A stretch of 64,000 nt of DNA from an uncultured Mucispirillum sp. (lineage in GTDB: Bacteria > Chrysiogenota > Deferribacteres > Deferribacterales > Mucispirillaceae). Below are positions 1-9,524 of this stretch, piece after piece. The position numbers and the translations under genes were made by a program. The stretch's first letter is position 1. Every line of letters begins with the position of its first letter. The notes below the pieces were generated by a model. The model searched no databases, was not told the origin of the DNA, and saw only the letters and a list, made by a program, of their open reading frames with translations. The stretch lies in NCBI GenBank assembly GCA_944325215.1, contig CALUZC010000016.1:4231-68230 (forward strand), given 5' to 3'.

Positions 1-2107
1 AAGGTGCGCTAAGTAATGCAAATACCATTATAGCAAAACCAACTAAAGGAGTGTAATTTTCCTGTAATTTTGCTCGTAATGCATCTGAATCTTCGCCTAC
101 TTCACCTAATGAATAAACAATACCCATTTGTGCAACAAAAACTTCTTTTGCAGCAAAGGCACCAATTAATGCCGTTCCTATTTTCCAGTCAAAACCAAGT
201 GGAGCAATTACTGGTTCAATAAACTTGCCTATCCTTCCTGCTGCACTATATTCTAACTCTGCTTCTGATAAGTTATATAAAACTTCATCAATTTTACCAT
301 TTGTTTCATCAATTTGTGCAACAAGTTCTTGGGCTTTTTCTCTATCACTGTCATTTAATTTTTTATTAGAAGCTTCTGCTTCTGAAAAGTTTTCTTCAGT
401 TGGAATAATATATCCAAGAGATGAAAGCTCTTTAGTTTGTTCATTTAAAGTCTGCTCCAACTCTGGCAACTGGGCAGCAAACTGTTCTGCCTTTTCATCA
501 GGAAACTGTGGAAATACTGTTAAAGCCCACATTACAATAGATATAAATAATATTATTGTTCCTGCTTTTTTAAGGTATAACCAACTGCGTTCCCACATTT
601 GAGTTAATACACCTTTAAGTGTTGGAATACGGTATGGTGGAAGTTCCATAACAAATGGAGCAGATTCACCTTTTAAAACTGTCATACCTAAAATTTTAGC
701 AATTATAATGGCCATTATAATGCCTATTAAATATATTATCCAAAGAACTAATGCCTGATTTTTATCAAAAAATGCAGGTATTATTAAAAGATATATTGGA
801 AGCCTTGCCCCACAACTCATAAATGGTGTTACAAGCATTGTTATTATTCTATCTCTTTGATTATCTAACGTTCTTGTAGCCATAATAGCAGGAACAGAAC
901 AACCAAACCCTATTAAAAACGGAATAAAACTTTTACCATGAAGCCCAATTTTATGCATTATTTTATCCATAATAAAAGCAACACGAGCCATGTAACCACT
1001 GGCTTCTAAAACAGCAATTGCAATAAAAAGAAATATAATATTTGGTAAAAATACTATTACACCACCTACACCACCGATTATACCATCAACAATTAACGAA
1101 CGCAGTAAGTCATGACTAATTGCAACACTTGCTTTATCCCCTAAAAAGCTGAAAAACTGCTCTATCCATCCCATAAATGGGTCGCCTAAGGTAAAAGTCA
1201 ATTGGAAAACAAGATACATTAATCCTAAAAATATTGGAATACCAAGCACCCTGTTTACTAAAACGGAATCAATAGCATCACTCATATTATGACGTGCTTC
1301 AACAGTAGCTGTAACACATTCCTGACATGCTCCTGAAATAAAACCATATCTCGCACTTGCAATTGCAGTTTCTGGCACATCACCTAAAATTTGTTCTACA
1401 TCGTGCTCTGCTCTTTTAACTTCTTCATCAACTATTGGTGATGGAACAAGACTTTTGACATCTTTATCCCCTTCTAACAATTTAACAGCAAGCCATCTAC
1501 TGTTGTAATTTTCTATACCTGATGAATGCTTTTTAACAAGAGATTCTATTGATGATAAATATTTTTCAATAATGGAATCATAAGTTATCAACGGATAATT
1601 AATATTCTTTTCTTTTGCAACCCTTATTGCTTCATCAAGAATATTTTTTACGCCATCACCTTTACTGCCAACTGTTTCTATTATAGGTACACCAAGAAGC
1701 TTGGAAAGTTTATCCACATCTATTTTTATACCCATTTCCTGGGCCATATCTTTCATATTAAATACAAAAACTAAAGGAATACGAAGTTCCATAAGCTGAA
1801 CAGCAAGATAGAGATTTCTCTCAAGGTTTGATGAATCTATAATGTCAACAACCACATCTGGTTTCTCATTTATAATAACATTTCTTGCAACAACTTCTTC
1901 AACAGAATAAGCAGTTAAACTATAAGTTCCAGGCAAATCTATTACTTTTAAAGTTTTACCGTTATATGTTATAACACTTTCTTTTTTTTCAACTGTAACA
2001 CCGGGATAGTTACCAATATGCTGTCTTGCCCCTGTTAGTGCATTATATATAGTAGTCTTACCGGCATTAGGATTACCAGCAAGAGCAATTGTAATATTAT
2101 CTTTCAT
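1..2107 (-). CDS. feoB: Ferrous iron transporter FeoB (N-terminal GTPase plus permease domains). The gene runs off the window start, so the C-terminus is missing.
   Basis: ATG at 2107. The translation begins MKDNITIALAGNPNAGKTTIYNALTG, with a G-protein Walker A followed by polytopic membrane domains typical of FeoB. Reading frame is continuous to position 1. Confidence 0.9.
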   Translation of the reverse strand, partial: MKDNITIALAGNPNAGKTTIYNALTGARQHIGNYPGVTVEKKESVITYNGKTLKVIDLPGTYSLTAYSVEEVVARNVIINEKPDVVVDIIDSSNLERNLYLAVQLMELRIPLVFVFNMKDMAQEMGIKIDVDKLSKLLGVPIIETVGSKGDGVKNILDEAIRVAKEKNINYPLITYDSIIEKYLSSIESLVKKHSSGIENYNSRWLAVKLLEGDKDVKSLVPSPIVDEEVKRAEHDVEQILGDVPETAIASARYGFISGACQECVTATVEARHNMSDAIDSVLVNRVLGIPIFLGLMYLVFQLTFTLGDPFMGWIEQFFSFLGDKASVAISHDLLRSLIVDGIIGGVGGVIVFLPNIIFLFIAIAVLEASGYMARVAFIMDKIMHKIGLHGKSFIPFLIGFGCSVPAIMATRTLDNQRDRIITMLVTPFMSCGARLPIYLLIIPAFFDKNQALVLWIIYLIGIIMAIIIAKILGMTVLKGESAPFVMELPPYRIPTLKGVLTQMWERSWLYLKKAGTIILFISIVMWALTVFPQFPDEKAEQFAAQLPELEQTLNEQTKELSSLGYIIPTEENFSEAEASNKKLNDSDREKAQELVAQIDETNGKIDEVLYNLSEAELEYSAAGRIGKFIEPVIAPLGFDWKIGTALIGAFAAKEVFVAQMGIVYSLGEVGEDSDALRAKLQENYTPLVGFAIMVFALLSAP

Positions 2108-2170
2108 CTTCGTCCCCATAAAATAAAATTTAGGAATACCTAAACTTAATAATAAAAAAATTTCAGTAAA

Positions 2171-2923
2171 TTATATCATTTCAACTTCAATTTTTGATGC
2201 TTCATCTTTTCTTAAGGAAAGATGATATCCTTTCACTTTCATTTCAACAGGATCACCAAGCGGTGCAACTCGTTCCACTTCAATAACAGTTCCTGTTGTA
2301 AGCCCCATTTCCGTTATACGTTTAAAAAGATTACCTTTTGATGTAATCTTTACAACTTTACAACGCTCTCCAGGACGCACATCGTTTAATTTCTTCACAA
2401 TACGACCTCCTTCAAGTTGTCTGCTATAATTTTCATGAACTTTATCTGAAACTGATGTTATACAATTTTTACAAACATCTAATGAGATAGCTTTATCACA
2501 GTGATTTATCCTGCCATGCGCCCACTCTATTCCACCACGTGGACATATTTCTATAAATTCAGCAAATTTCGCTAATTTATCAAGCACTTCTGGCGATATA
2601 CCATGCTCCATAGCACAAGCAGCCTTATCTGCTTCCTCTTTTGATACACCTAATACATTTGTAAAAAAATCATGCAGCAGTTCATGACGCCTTAAAACGT
2701 CCATTGCTGCCATTCTACCTTCATTAGTTAATGTAATAGCATCATAAGGTGCATAATTAATCATTCCTTTATCAGATAGTGTTTTTAATGCACCTGTAAC
2801 TGAAGCATTAGATACATTTAACCTTTTTGCAATATCTTTTGGTCTAACTGCTTCTTTTTCAGAAATTATAAGATAGATTGTTTCCAAATAGTCTTCTAAA
2901 CTAGAAGTTAATTCATCTCTCAC
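2171..2923 (-). CDS. DtxR/MntR-family metal-dependent transcriptional regulator with a C-terminal FeoA-like (SH3-like) domain and a Cys/His-rich insert
   Basis: N-terminus SSLEDYLETIYLI...RPKDIAKRLNVSNASVTGALKTLSDKGMI is the DtxR HTH. C-terminus GERCKVVKITSKG...GTVIEVER is FeoA-like. The middle carries CPRGG..HCD..CKNC. The start is GTG (no in-frame ATG upstream). It lies directly upstream of feoB on the same strand. Confidence 0.75.
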   Translation of the reverse strand: MRDELTSSLEDYLETIYLIISEKEAVRPKDIAKRLNVSNASVTGALKTLSDKGMINYAPYDAITLTNEGRMAAMDVLRRHELLHDFFTNVLGVSKEEADKAACAMEHGISPEVLDKLAKFAEFIEICPRGGIEWAHGRINHCDKAISLDVCKNCITSVSDKVHENYSRQLEGGRIVKKLNDVRPGERCKVVKITSKGNLFKRITEMGLTTGTVIEVERVAPLGDPVEMKVKGYHLSLRKDEASKIEVEMI

Positions 2924-3175
2924 AAAAATAACCCATGCACAATTTTAATATCATATAAATATACTATTTATAAAAGCAAGTCAATAAAAATTTTATTGAT
3001 AATAAATATTCATAAATTTTATATTACTGTTAAAAATAAAGTATATATTAAAGTTTATAATCTCTTTTTATTGATAAATAATATTAATAAAAAACACATT
3101 AGTAAAACTTTTATGAACTTTTTCATTATTTATTTTTCTTTTAAATAAAAAAAGAGATAAAAGAGGTATTTAATT

Positions 3176-3733
3176 ATGAAAAAAATTTTTAGGAAAATCC
3201 ATCTTTACATGGCTTTATTTACAATCCCTGTCGGTATTATGATAGCATTAACTGGGGCATTATATGTGCTTGGAGCTAATCAGGATACTGGTGCTGTAAA
3301 AAAAACTTATACAGTAAACCAAATAATACCAGCTGGTGAAGAATTTGCATTTTTAGAAAAATGGACTGCTGAAAACAATATTAAAATGCCTAAAAAGAAT
3401 TTATCTAAAGATAAAAGCGGATTAAATAGACAAATAGGAAGTGCATCATATTCCATGATTTTAAAAGAAAAAGATGGTATTACAGAAATAAGCACTACAA
3501 AAAGAAGCCTTTTAGGTAATATGATTATGCTACACAAAGCTAAAGGTGGCATACTTTTTAAAATAATGCTTGTAATGTATGGCATAGTTCTAATTGGTTT
3601 TTATATTTCTGGATTAATAATTACTGTATATAAGAAAAATGTTAATGGAAAATTAGTCCCAAAAACAGAAAACTACATTGTTATTGCAGCAGGATTTATT
3701 GTAACAATTATTTTTGCAATTCTATCACTATAA
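3176..3733 (+). CDS. Small membrane protein with a PepSY-associated-TM-like N-terminus (RKIHLYMALFTIPVGIMIALTGALYV). Hypothetical.
   Basis: ATG with an upstream AGAGG SD. Hydrophobic helices at both ends. The N-terminal motif resembles PepSY_TM (PiuB-like) proteins. Confidence 0.45.
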   Translation: MKKIFRKIHLYMALFTIPVGIMIALTGALYVLGANQDTGAVKKTYTVNQIIPAGEEFAFLEKWTAENNIKMPKKNLSKDKSGLNRQIGSASYSMILKEKDGITEISTTKRSLLGNMIMLHKAKGGILFKIMLVMYGIVLIGFYISGLIITVYKKNVNGKLVPKTENYIVIAAGFIVTIIFAILSL

Positions 3734-3737
3734 AAAA

Positions 3738-3769
3738 TAATCCTGCTTAATGCAGGATTATATTTTTTT
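3738..3769. terminator. Bidirectional rho-independent terminator (hairpin taatcctgc-ttaat-gcaggatta followed by a T7 run)
   Basis: Perfect 9-bp stem read directly from the sequence. It is flanked by a T-run on the + side and an A-run on the other side. It sits between convergent genes 3176..3733 (+) and 3758..4021 (-). Confidence 0.6.
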
Positions 3770-4021
3770 CTTTCGTCTTTTTTTTAAATTTGCAGGTATA
3801 ACTTCTATTTTTCTACCAGCTATTACAAAATTATTTAATTTTTCGATAGCTTTTTGGGCATCTTCATCATTCATATTAATAAAACAAAACCCTTTAAACC
3901 TTCCATTTTCCTTATCTTTTATAAAAGCAATAGATTCTATCTTTCCATATTTAGAAAAAAGTTCTTTAATACTGCTTTCAGATACACCATAATCTAAATT
4001 ACCAACATATAACCTTTTCAT
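3758..4021 (-). CDS. RRM-type RNA-binding protein (RNP-1 motif KGFCFINM)
   Basis: 87 aa with RNP-2 (LYVGNL) and RNP-1 (KGFCFINM) motifs and a basic C-terminal tail. Confidence 0.8.
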   Translation of the reverse strand: MKRLYVGNLDYGVSESSIKELFSKYGKIESIAFIKDKENGRFKGFCFINMNDEDAQKAIEKLNNFVIAGRKIEVIPANLKKRRKKKI

Positions 4022-4177
4022 ATACCCTCATATTTTAATATAAAGCAAGAATATATATGTTTATAACAAAAAAAACAACAATTTTATTAAAAATATGCAA
4101 AAAATACTTGTATAATAGTAATATTACTGATAGTATTAAGTATTTAGAACTGCTATATATATTTTTGGAGGTATTAT

Positions 4178-6238
4178 ATGGAAACCAGTATGATAAGAAA
4201 TGTTGCTTTTATTTCCCATGGTGGAGCGGGAAAAACTAGTTTGATAGAAGCTGTTTTATATAATACAGGTGCTACCCAAAAAATTGGAAATATAGAATCT
4301 GGAACTAGCGTTATGGATTTTGACCAGATTGAAATAGAAAGAAAATTCTCTATCAATGCAAAAGTTGCTTCAGTGACATGGAATAAAAATTTATTAAATA
4401 TTATAGATACGCCAGGATATACCAACTTTCTTCATGAAACAAAATGTGCACTGTCATCAGTTGATGGTGCAGTTATTATAGCTTCTGCCATTACTGGGGT
4501 AAAAGCAGAAACTGTAAGAGTTTGGCAGTATGCTGAAGAATATAATTTATCCAAACTTATTTTCATAAATAAAATGGATAAAGAAAGAGCAGATTTTTAC
4601 AAAGCACTTGGAGATATTGAAAAAGCTTTTGGTATTATACCATTACCAATATTTCTACCTATTGGAAAAGAAAATACTTTTACAGGTATTATTGATTTAG
4701 TTAGAATGAAAGCCTTAATGTATCCTAGTGAACCAACTGCTCAATATACAATAGAAGAAATTCCTGCTGAATTATTAGAAGAAGCAGAAATCCATAGACA
4801 AAAATTAATAGAAGCAGTTTCTGAAACTGATGATATATTAATTGAAAAATATCTAGAAGGTCAAGAATTTACAGAAGAAGAAATTAGAAAAGGATTGCGT
4901 GAAGGTGTTGTTACTAAAAGATTTGTACCAGTATTTTGTGGTTCAGCAATAAAAAATATAGGTTCAAAACTTTTACTAGAAGGTATTATTGATTATTTAC
5001 CTTCCCCACTGCAAAGAGAGGCTGCATTTGCTATTGATGACCACTCAGGTGAACCAGTTGATGTTACAGCAGAAGACAAAGAATTTTCTGCTTATGTATT
5101 TAAAACATTTGCAGACCCATATGCAGGAAAACTTACAGTTTTTAGAATATATTCTGGTAAAATAAAAAATGATTCATCTATATTTAATGTAAACAAAAAA
5201 GAATATGAAAAAATTTCTCAGCTTTATATTTTACAAGGTAAAAACTTTGTAAAATGTGATGAGCTTACTGCTGGGCAAGTAGGAATGACAACCAAATTAA
5301 AATATACCGAAACATTTGATACATTATCTTCAGATGTGGACCCTATTACCTTCCCTGCTGTCAGCCTGCCTGAACCTGTGATATCATTTTCTATTACACC
5401 TAAATCTAAAGAAGATGAAGATAAAGTATTAACAGCACTTCACAAATTAATGGAGGAAGATAAAGGTATTAAATTAAAAAGAGATGATAAAACTGGTGAT
5501 TTATTACTCTCTGGTATGGGGCAAATGCATGTTGAAGTTGTTGCTGAAAAATTAACAAAAAAATTTAATGTTCATGTTGAATTAAATACACCAAAAGTTC
5601 CATATATGGAAACAATTAAAATTAAAGCTAATGGGCAAGGTAAATATAAAAAACAATCTGGTGGCAAAGGTCAGTATGGTGATGTATGGCTTGAGCTTTC
5701 ACCATTAGAACGTGGTGCTGGTTTTGAATTTGAAGACAGAATTGTTGGTGGTGTTGTGCCACGAAATTTTATTCCTGCTGTTGAAAAAGGTATTATTGAA
5801 GCTGCCCAGGAAGGTGTTTTAGCAGGCTATCCTATGGTTGATTTTAAAGCATCATTGTATGACGGCTCATATCATTCTGTAGATAGTTCTGAAATGGCTT
5901 TTAAAATTGCAGCATCAATGGCGTTTAAAAAAATAGCATCAGAAGCAAAACCTGTTATTTTAGAGCCAATTATGATATTAGATGTGTATTCTCCAGAACA
6001 ATATATTGGTGCAATTGTTGGTGATTTAAATTCTAGACGTGGAAGAATTACTAATGTTGAACCACAGACAGCTGGTCAACATATTAGTGCTGCTGTCCCA
6101 ATGGCAGAAATATTAAAATATGCTCCTGATTTAAGAAGTATGACTGGTGGTCATGGAATGTTTACTATGGAATTTAGCCATTATGAAGAATTACCAAGCC
6201 ATCTGGCTAATAAACTAATTAATGAGAAAAAGGATTAG
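4178..6238 (+). CDS. Elongation factor G family GTPase (EF-G paralog, EF-G2-like)
   Basis: GGAGGT SD 5 nt upstream of the ATG. N-terminus NVAFISHGGAGKTSL is the G1 motif, with DTPGYTNF (G3) and NKMD (G4). 686 aa with an EF-G domain II-V layout. Confidence 0.85.
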   Translation: METSMIRNVAFISHGGAGKTSLIEAVLYNTGATQKIGNIESGTSVMDFDQIEIERKFSINAKVASVTWNKNLLNIIDTPGYTNFLHETKCALSSVDGAVIIASAITGVKAETVRVWQYAEEYNLSKLIFINKMDKERADFYKALGDIEKAFGIIPLPIFLPIGKENTFTGIIDLVRMKALMYPSEPTAQYTIEEIPAELLEEAEIHRQKLIEAVSETDDILIEKYLEGQEFTEEEIRKGLREGVVTKRFVPVFCGSAIKNIGSKLLLEGIIDYLPSPLQREAAFAIDDHSGEPVDVTAEDKEFSAYVFKTFADPYAGKLTVFRIYSGKIKNDSSIFNVNKKEYEKISQLYILQGKNFVKCDELTAGQVGMTTKLKYTETFDTLSSDVDPITFPAVSLPEPVISFSITPKSKEDEDKVLTALHKLMEEDKGIKLKRDDKTGDLLLSGMGQMHVEVVAEKLTKKFNVHVELNTPKVPYMETIKIKANGQGKYKKQSGGKGQYGDVWLELSPLERGAGFEFEDRIVGGVVPRNFIPAVEKGIIEAAQEGVLAGYPMVDFKASLYDGSYHSVDSSEMAFKIAASMAFKKIASEAKPVILEPIMILDVYSPEQYIGAIVGDLNSRRGRITNVEPQTAGQHISAAVPMAEILKYAPDLRSMTGGHGMFTMEFSHYEELPSHLANKLINEKKD

Positions 6239-6276
6239 TAAATTATGTTGTATTACTAATATTGTGATGACGTAAA

Positions 6277-7149
6277 ATGCATAATCTAAACCTTTATAAC
6301 TATTACGATAAATCACTTGCTGATATTAACAAAGAATATCTTGAGTCTTTAAAATACAAGCCAAAAAAAGTGAGTAAAAAACACTTTGATAGAAGGCATG
6401 TATTGACTCTTGCTATTACTGTTTTAACTGGTTTAGGTATTGCGAACCATTTTGGTGTATTTGATGAGCCAGTTGTTGAAACTGTTCAAGCTCCACCACC
6501 TGTTGATACGAGAACAGAAGAAGAAAAACAAGGATATGTTCAAATTCAAATATTTGAATTTGCTGACACTCCAGTGGAAACTGTAACAGAAAAAATAAAA
6601 ACTGATAATGAAACAATAAAATCTATTGACAATAATTCAATTGCAATGAATAATACAAGTAGTGCAGTTGATAAAGTAAATATCAAACCAATAGAAAAAA
6701 AAGAACAGACTGCAGCTGTAAAACCAAAACAAAAGGAAAATAAAGCTCCCGCTCCTGTTGTTGTAAAAGAATACGCAGTTTTGTTTGAAAACATAAATGA
6801 GAATCAATATACAAAAGTTAAAGATTTAAGTAAAAAATACAATACCAAATTAGAAGTGGTTGATGCTTACTCTAATACTTATTCTATTTGGAAAGTATAT
6901 GAACAAAATGATGCAGGCAGTGAAGTTGTAGATGCTGTTGCTGTTACTCATGTTGAAGATTTTTTAACTCAAGAAGATGCGGTGGAATTTGCTGCTAAAA
7001 GAAATATTAAGGCAGTAATTAAACAGATTGGTGTTACTGAAAAATCATACAATATAAAATTGTGTTGCACAAATATTGATAATGCAAAAAAAATAGCTAA
7101 TGGTAGCAGCATTACTGACAAAATTATCAAAATAATTCGTCAGAAATAA
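6277..7149 (+). CDS. Hypothetical bitopic membrane protein with a Pro-rich linker and a possible C-terminal SPOR-like repeat
   Basis: Single TM segment (VLTLAITVLTGLGIANHF) followed by a PPPVDTRTEEE linker. The C-terminal approximately 140 aa show two alpha/beta repeats resembling SPOR domains. No strong SD. Confidence 0.45.
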   Translation: MHNLNLYNYYDKSLADINKEYLESLKYKPKKVSKKHFDRRHVLTLAITVLTGLGIANHFGVFDEPVVETVQAPPPVDTRTEEEKQGYVQIQIFEFADTPVETVTEKIKTDNETIKSIDNNSIAMNNTSSAVDKVNIKPIEKKEQTAAVKPKQKENKAPAPVVVKEYAVLFENINENQYTKVKDLSKKYNTKLEVVDAYSNTYSIWKVYEQNDAGSEVVDAVAVTHVEDFLTQEDAVEFAAKRNIKAVIKQIGVTEKSYNIKLCCTNIDNAKKIANGSSITDKIIKIIRQK

Positions 7150-7235
7150 TTTTTAAATATATTTAAGTTATTACTTGTTACACTTGCATAATATTTTTTA
7201 AAAATTATAAATAATCATATTTAAGGGGGCACAGA

Positions 7236-7511
7236 ATGACAAAAGCAGATATGGTTGAAAGTATCCATAGGGAAATTGGGTTAACTAAAAAAGATATTGC
7301 ATTAGTCGTTGATGAAGTTTTTGATATGATAAAGGCAGATATTTTGAAAGCAGAAAACGTAAAAATATCCGGTTTTGGTAATTTTGAAGTAAAGAAAAGA
7401 GGAAGAAGAATTGGCAGGAATCCAAAAACAGGTGAAGAAACTGTTATTGAGCCTAGGACAGTTGTTGTTTTTAGACCAAGCCAGATATTCAAAGATGATG
7501 TAAATGGTTGA
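7236..7511 (+). CDS. HU/IHF-family DNA-binding protein
   Basis: AAGGGGG SD. 91 aa with GFGNFEVKKRGRRIGRNPKTGEE, the canonical HU/IHF arm motif. Confidence 0.85.
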   Translation: MTKADMVESIHREIGLTKKDIALVVDEVFDMIKADILKAENVKISGFGNFEVKKRGRRIGRNPKTGEETVIEPRTVVVFRPSQIFKDDVNG

Positions 7512-7875
7512 AAAGTTTTATAAAATTGGTGAAGTGGCAAAAATTCTTGATTTACCACCATCTACTTTAAGATATTGGGAAAGTCATTTTAAGCATGTAA
7601 GACCTGTGAAATCTACTGGTGGACAAAGGTTTTATACAGAAAAACATATTGAGATGTTAACACAGCTTAAAGAGATGCTGTATAGCGAACGATATACAAT
7701 AGAGGGAGCAAAGCAGCGTCTTAAAGAGTTAAACATTCAAAAAGAAGCTAATATTTCTTTTAATACTGATGAAAATAGTATTGATGGCAATAATAGTTTA
7801 AATGATAGTATGATGGTAAATAAAGAAATTATAAAACGTGAATTAAAAGAAATCTTGGTAATGCTGGAGCAGTAA
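7504..7875 (+). CDS. MerR-family transcriptional regulator
   Basis: YKIGEVAKILDLPPSTLRYWE is the MerR HTH signature. Its start overlaps the HU stop by 8 nt (ATGGTTGA). Confidence 0.8.
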   Translation: MVEKFYKIGEVAKILDLPPSTLRYWESHFKHVRPVKSTGGQRFYTEKHIEMLTQLKEMLYSERYTIEGAKQRLKELNIQKEANISFNTDENSIDGNNSLNDSMMVNKEIIKRELKEILVMLEQ

Positions 7876-7981
7876 GGTTTATATAATTTGCGTAAGTTAA
7901 AAATTTATTCATAAAATAAAGTTTAAATCTACTTAATTTTATTGGATATTATGAAATATTATCTATATTTATTATAAAAAA

Positions 7982-8013
7982 ACTACCCGCTTAAATAAGC
8001 GAGTAGTTTTTTT
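7982..8013. terminator. Bidirectional rho-independent terminator (actacccgctt-aaat-aagcgagtagt, 10/11 bp stem, T7 run after it, A-run before it)
   Basis: Read directly. It sits between the merR-like gene (+) and the glpK stop (-, 8016). Confidence 0.6.
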
Positions 8014-8015
8014 AT

Positions 8016-9506
8016 TTATTCTACCCAGTTTTGAGCTCTTTTTACAGCTTTATGCCATTCATAAAGCTGTTTTTCCCTGCGTTCCTGCGTCATTTGTGGT
8101 TCAAAACATCTATCTAATTTCCACATAGAACTAACTTCTTCTTCACTTTCCCAAAATTTAACTGCCAAACCTGCAAGATATGCTGCTCCAAGTGCAGTAG
8201 TTTCTGTAATAACTGGGCGTTCTACTACAACATCTAACATATCTGCCTGGCACTGCATAAGCATGTTATTTCTACTTGCTCCACCATCAACTCTTAATGT
8301 GGACATTTTTATTCCTGCATCTTTTTCCATACAGCGAACAATATCCAGTGATTGATACGCAATAGATTCCAGCCCAGCACGAGCAATATGTGCTTTAGTT
8401 GTTCCTCTTGTAATACCAACAATTGTTCCTCTTGCATAAGGGTCCCAGTATGGTGCACCAAGTCCAGTAAATGCTGGCACAATATATACTCCCCCATTAT
8501 CTGGAACAGTTTTACCAAGCGCTTCTGTATCTGAAGTATTTTTTATAATCTGTAAACCATCGCGAAGCCATTGAACAACAGCCCCTCCAATATATACAGA
8601 ACCTTCAAAAGCATAATGAAGCCCATTACCAGAATTCCAAGCAACAGTTGTAAGAAGGTTATTTGCACTTAATTTACTTACCCTACCTGTATTCATAAGT
8701 AAAAAACAACCTGTTCCATAGGTATTTTTCGCCATACCCTCTTTAGTACATGCATTACCATATGTGGCAGCCTGCTGGTCACCGGCATCACCTGCAATAG
8801 GTATTGGAGCACCTAGAAATTCAGGGTGCATCTCTCCCATTACACCAGATGATGGCATAACTTTTGGTAAAAGTGATTCTGGAATTTGAAAAAGTTCCAA
8901 CAACTCTTTATCCCATTCACCTGTATTAATATTAAACAATAAAGTTCTACTGGCATTAGATGGGTCTGTTGCATGAACAGAACCTTTTGTAAAATTCCAT
9001 ATTAACCAAGTATCAATATTACCAAAAAGTAACTCACCTTTTTCTGCTAACTCTCTTGCACCCTTCACATTATCTAATATCCATTTAATTTTTGTTCCAG
9101 AAAAATATGAATCTAAAATAAGCCCTGTTTTTTCCCTAATTAAATCAGTCTTACCTTCTTCTTTTAATTTATCACAATATGCAGATGTCCTTCTATCCTG
9201 CCAAACAATAGCATTATATACTGGGGCACCAGTTTTTTTATTCCAAACAACAGTTGTTTCCCTTTGATTTGTCACACCAATAGCAGCAATATCTTTAGAA
9301 GAAATACCAGAGTTTTTCACACACTCCCTTACAACAGCCGACTGAGTATCAAATATTTCATTTGGATTGTGCTCTACCCAGCCATCTTGTGGAAATATTT
9401 GAGAAAATTCCTGTTGAGCAATTTGTATAATATTACTTTCTCTATCAAATAATATTGCTCTTGAACTTGTTGTTCCCTGGTCTAAAGCTAAAACATATTT
9501 ACCCAT
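8016..9506 (-). CDS. glpK: Glycerol kinase
   Basis: [29 protein letters not shown]... is the FGGY kinase N-terminus, and 496 aa is the typical GlpK length. Confidence 0.95.
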   Translation of the reverse strand: MGKYVLALDQGTTSSRAILFDRESNIIQIAQQEFSQIFPQDGWVEHNPNEIFDTQSAVVRECVKNSGISSKDIAAIGVTNQRETTVVWNKKTGAPVYNAIVWQDRRTSAYCDKLKEEGKTDLIREKTGLILDSYFSGTKIKWILDNVKGARELAEKGELLFGNIDTWLIWNFTKGSVHATDPSNASRTLLFNINTGEWDKELLELFQIPESLLPKVMPSSGVMGEMHPEFLGAPIPIAGDAGDQQAATYGNACTKEGMAKNTYGTGCFLLMNTGRVSKLSANNLLTTVAWNSGNGLHYAFEGSVYIGGAVVQWLRDGLQIIKNTSDTEALGKTVPDNGGVYIVPAFTGLGAPYWDPYARGTIVGITRGTTKAHIARAGLESIAYQSLDIVRCMEKDAGIKMSTLRVDGGASRNNMLMQCQADMLDVVVERPVITETTALGAAYLAGLAVKFWESEEEVSSMWKLDRCFEPQMTQERREKQLYEWHKAVKRAQNWVE

Positions 9507-9524
9507 AACATAACCTCCATTGTT

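Noticed and set aside
225-602. 125-aa + strand ORF in the ORF track
   Set aside because: It lies entirely antisense to the feoB CDS, has low-complexity Ser/Leu-rich content, and has no SD. It is an artefact of AT-rich sequence.
3307-3585. Antisense ORFs from the track inside well-supported CDSs. Examples: 3307..3585, 8309..8518, 8352..8534, 10246..10470, 14976..15296, 19802..20014, 21624..21818, 26287..26731, 47622..47981, 48478..48795, 49021..49389, 53753..53935, 55989..56219, 59855..60121, 60974..61261.
   Set aside because: Each is embedded in, or opposite to, a conserved protein-coding gene. They have skewed, low-complexity composition and no ribosome-binding sites. They are expected by chance in a roughly 28% GC genome.
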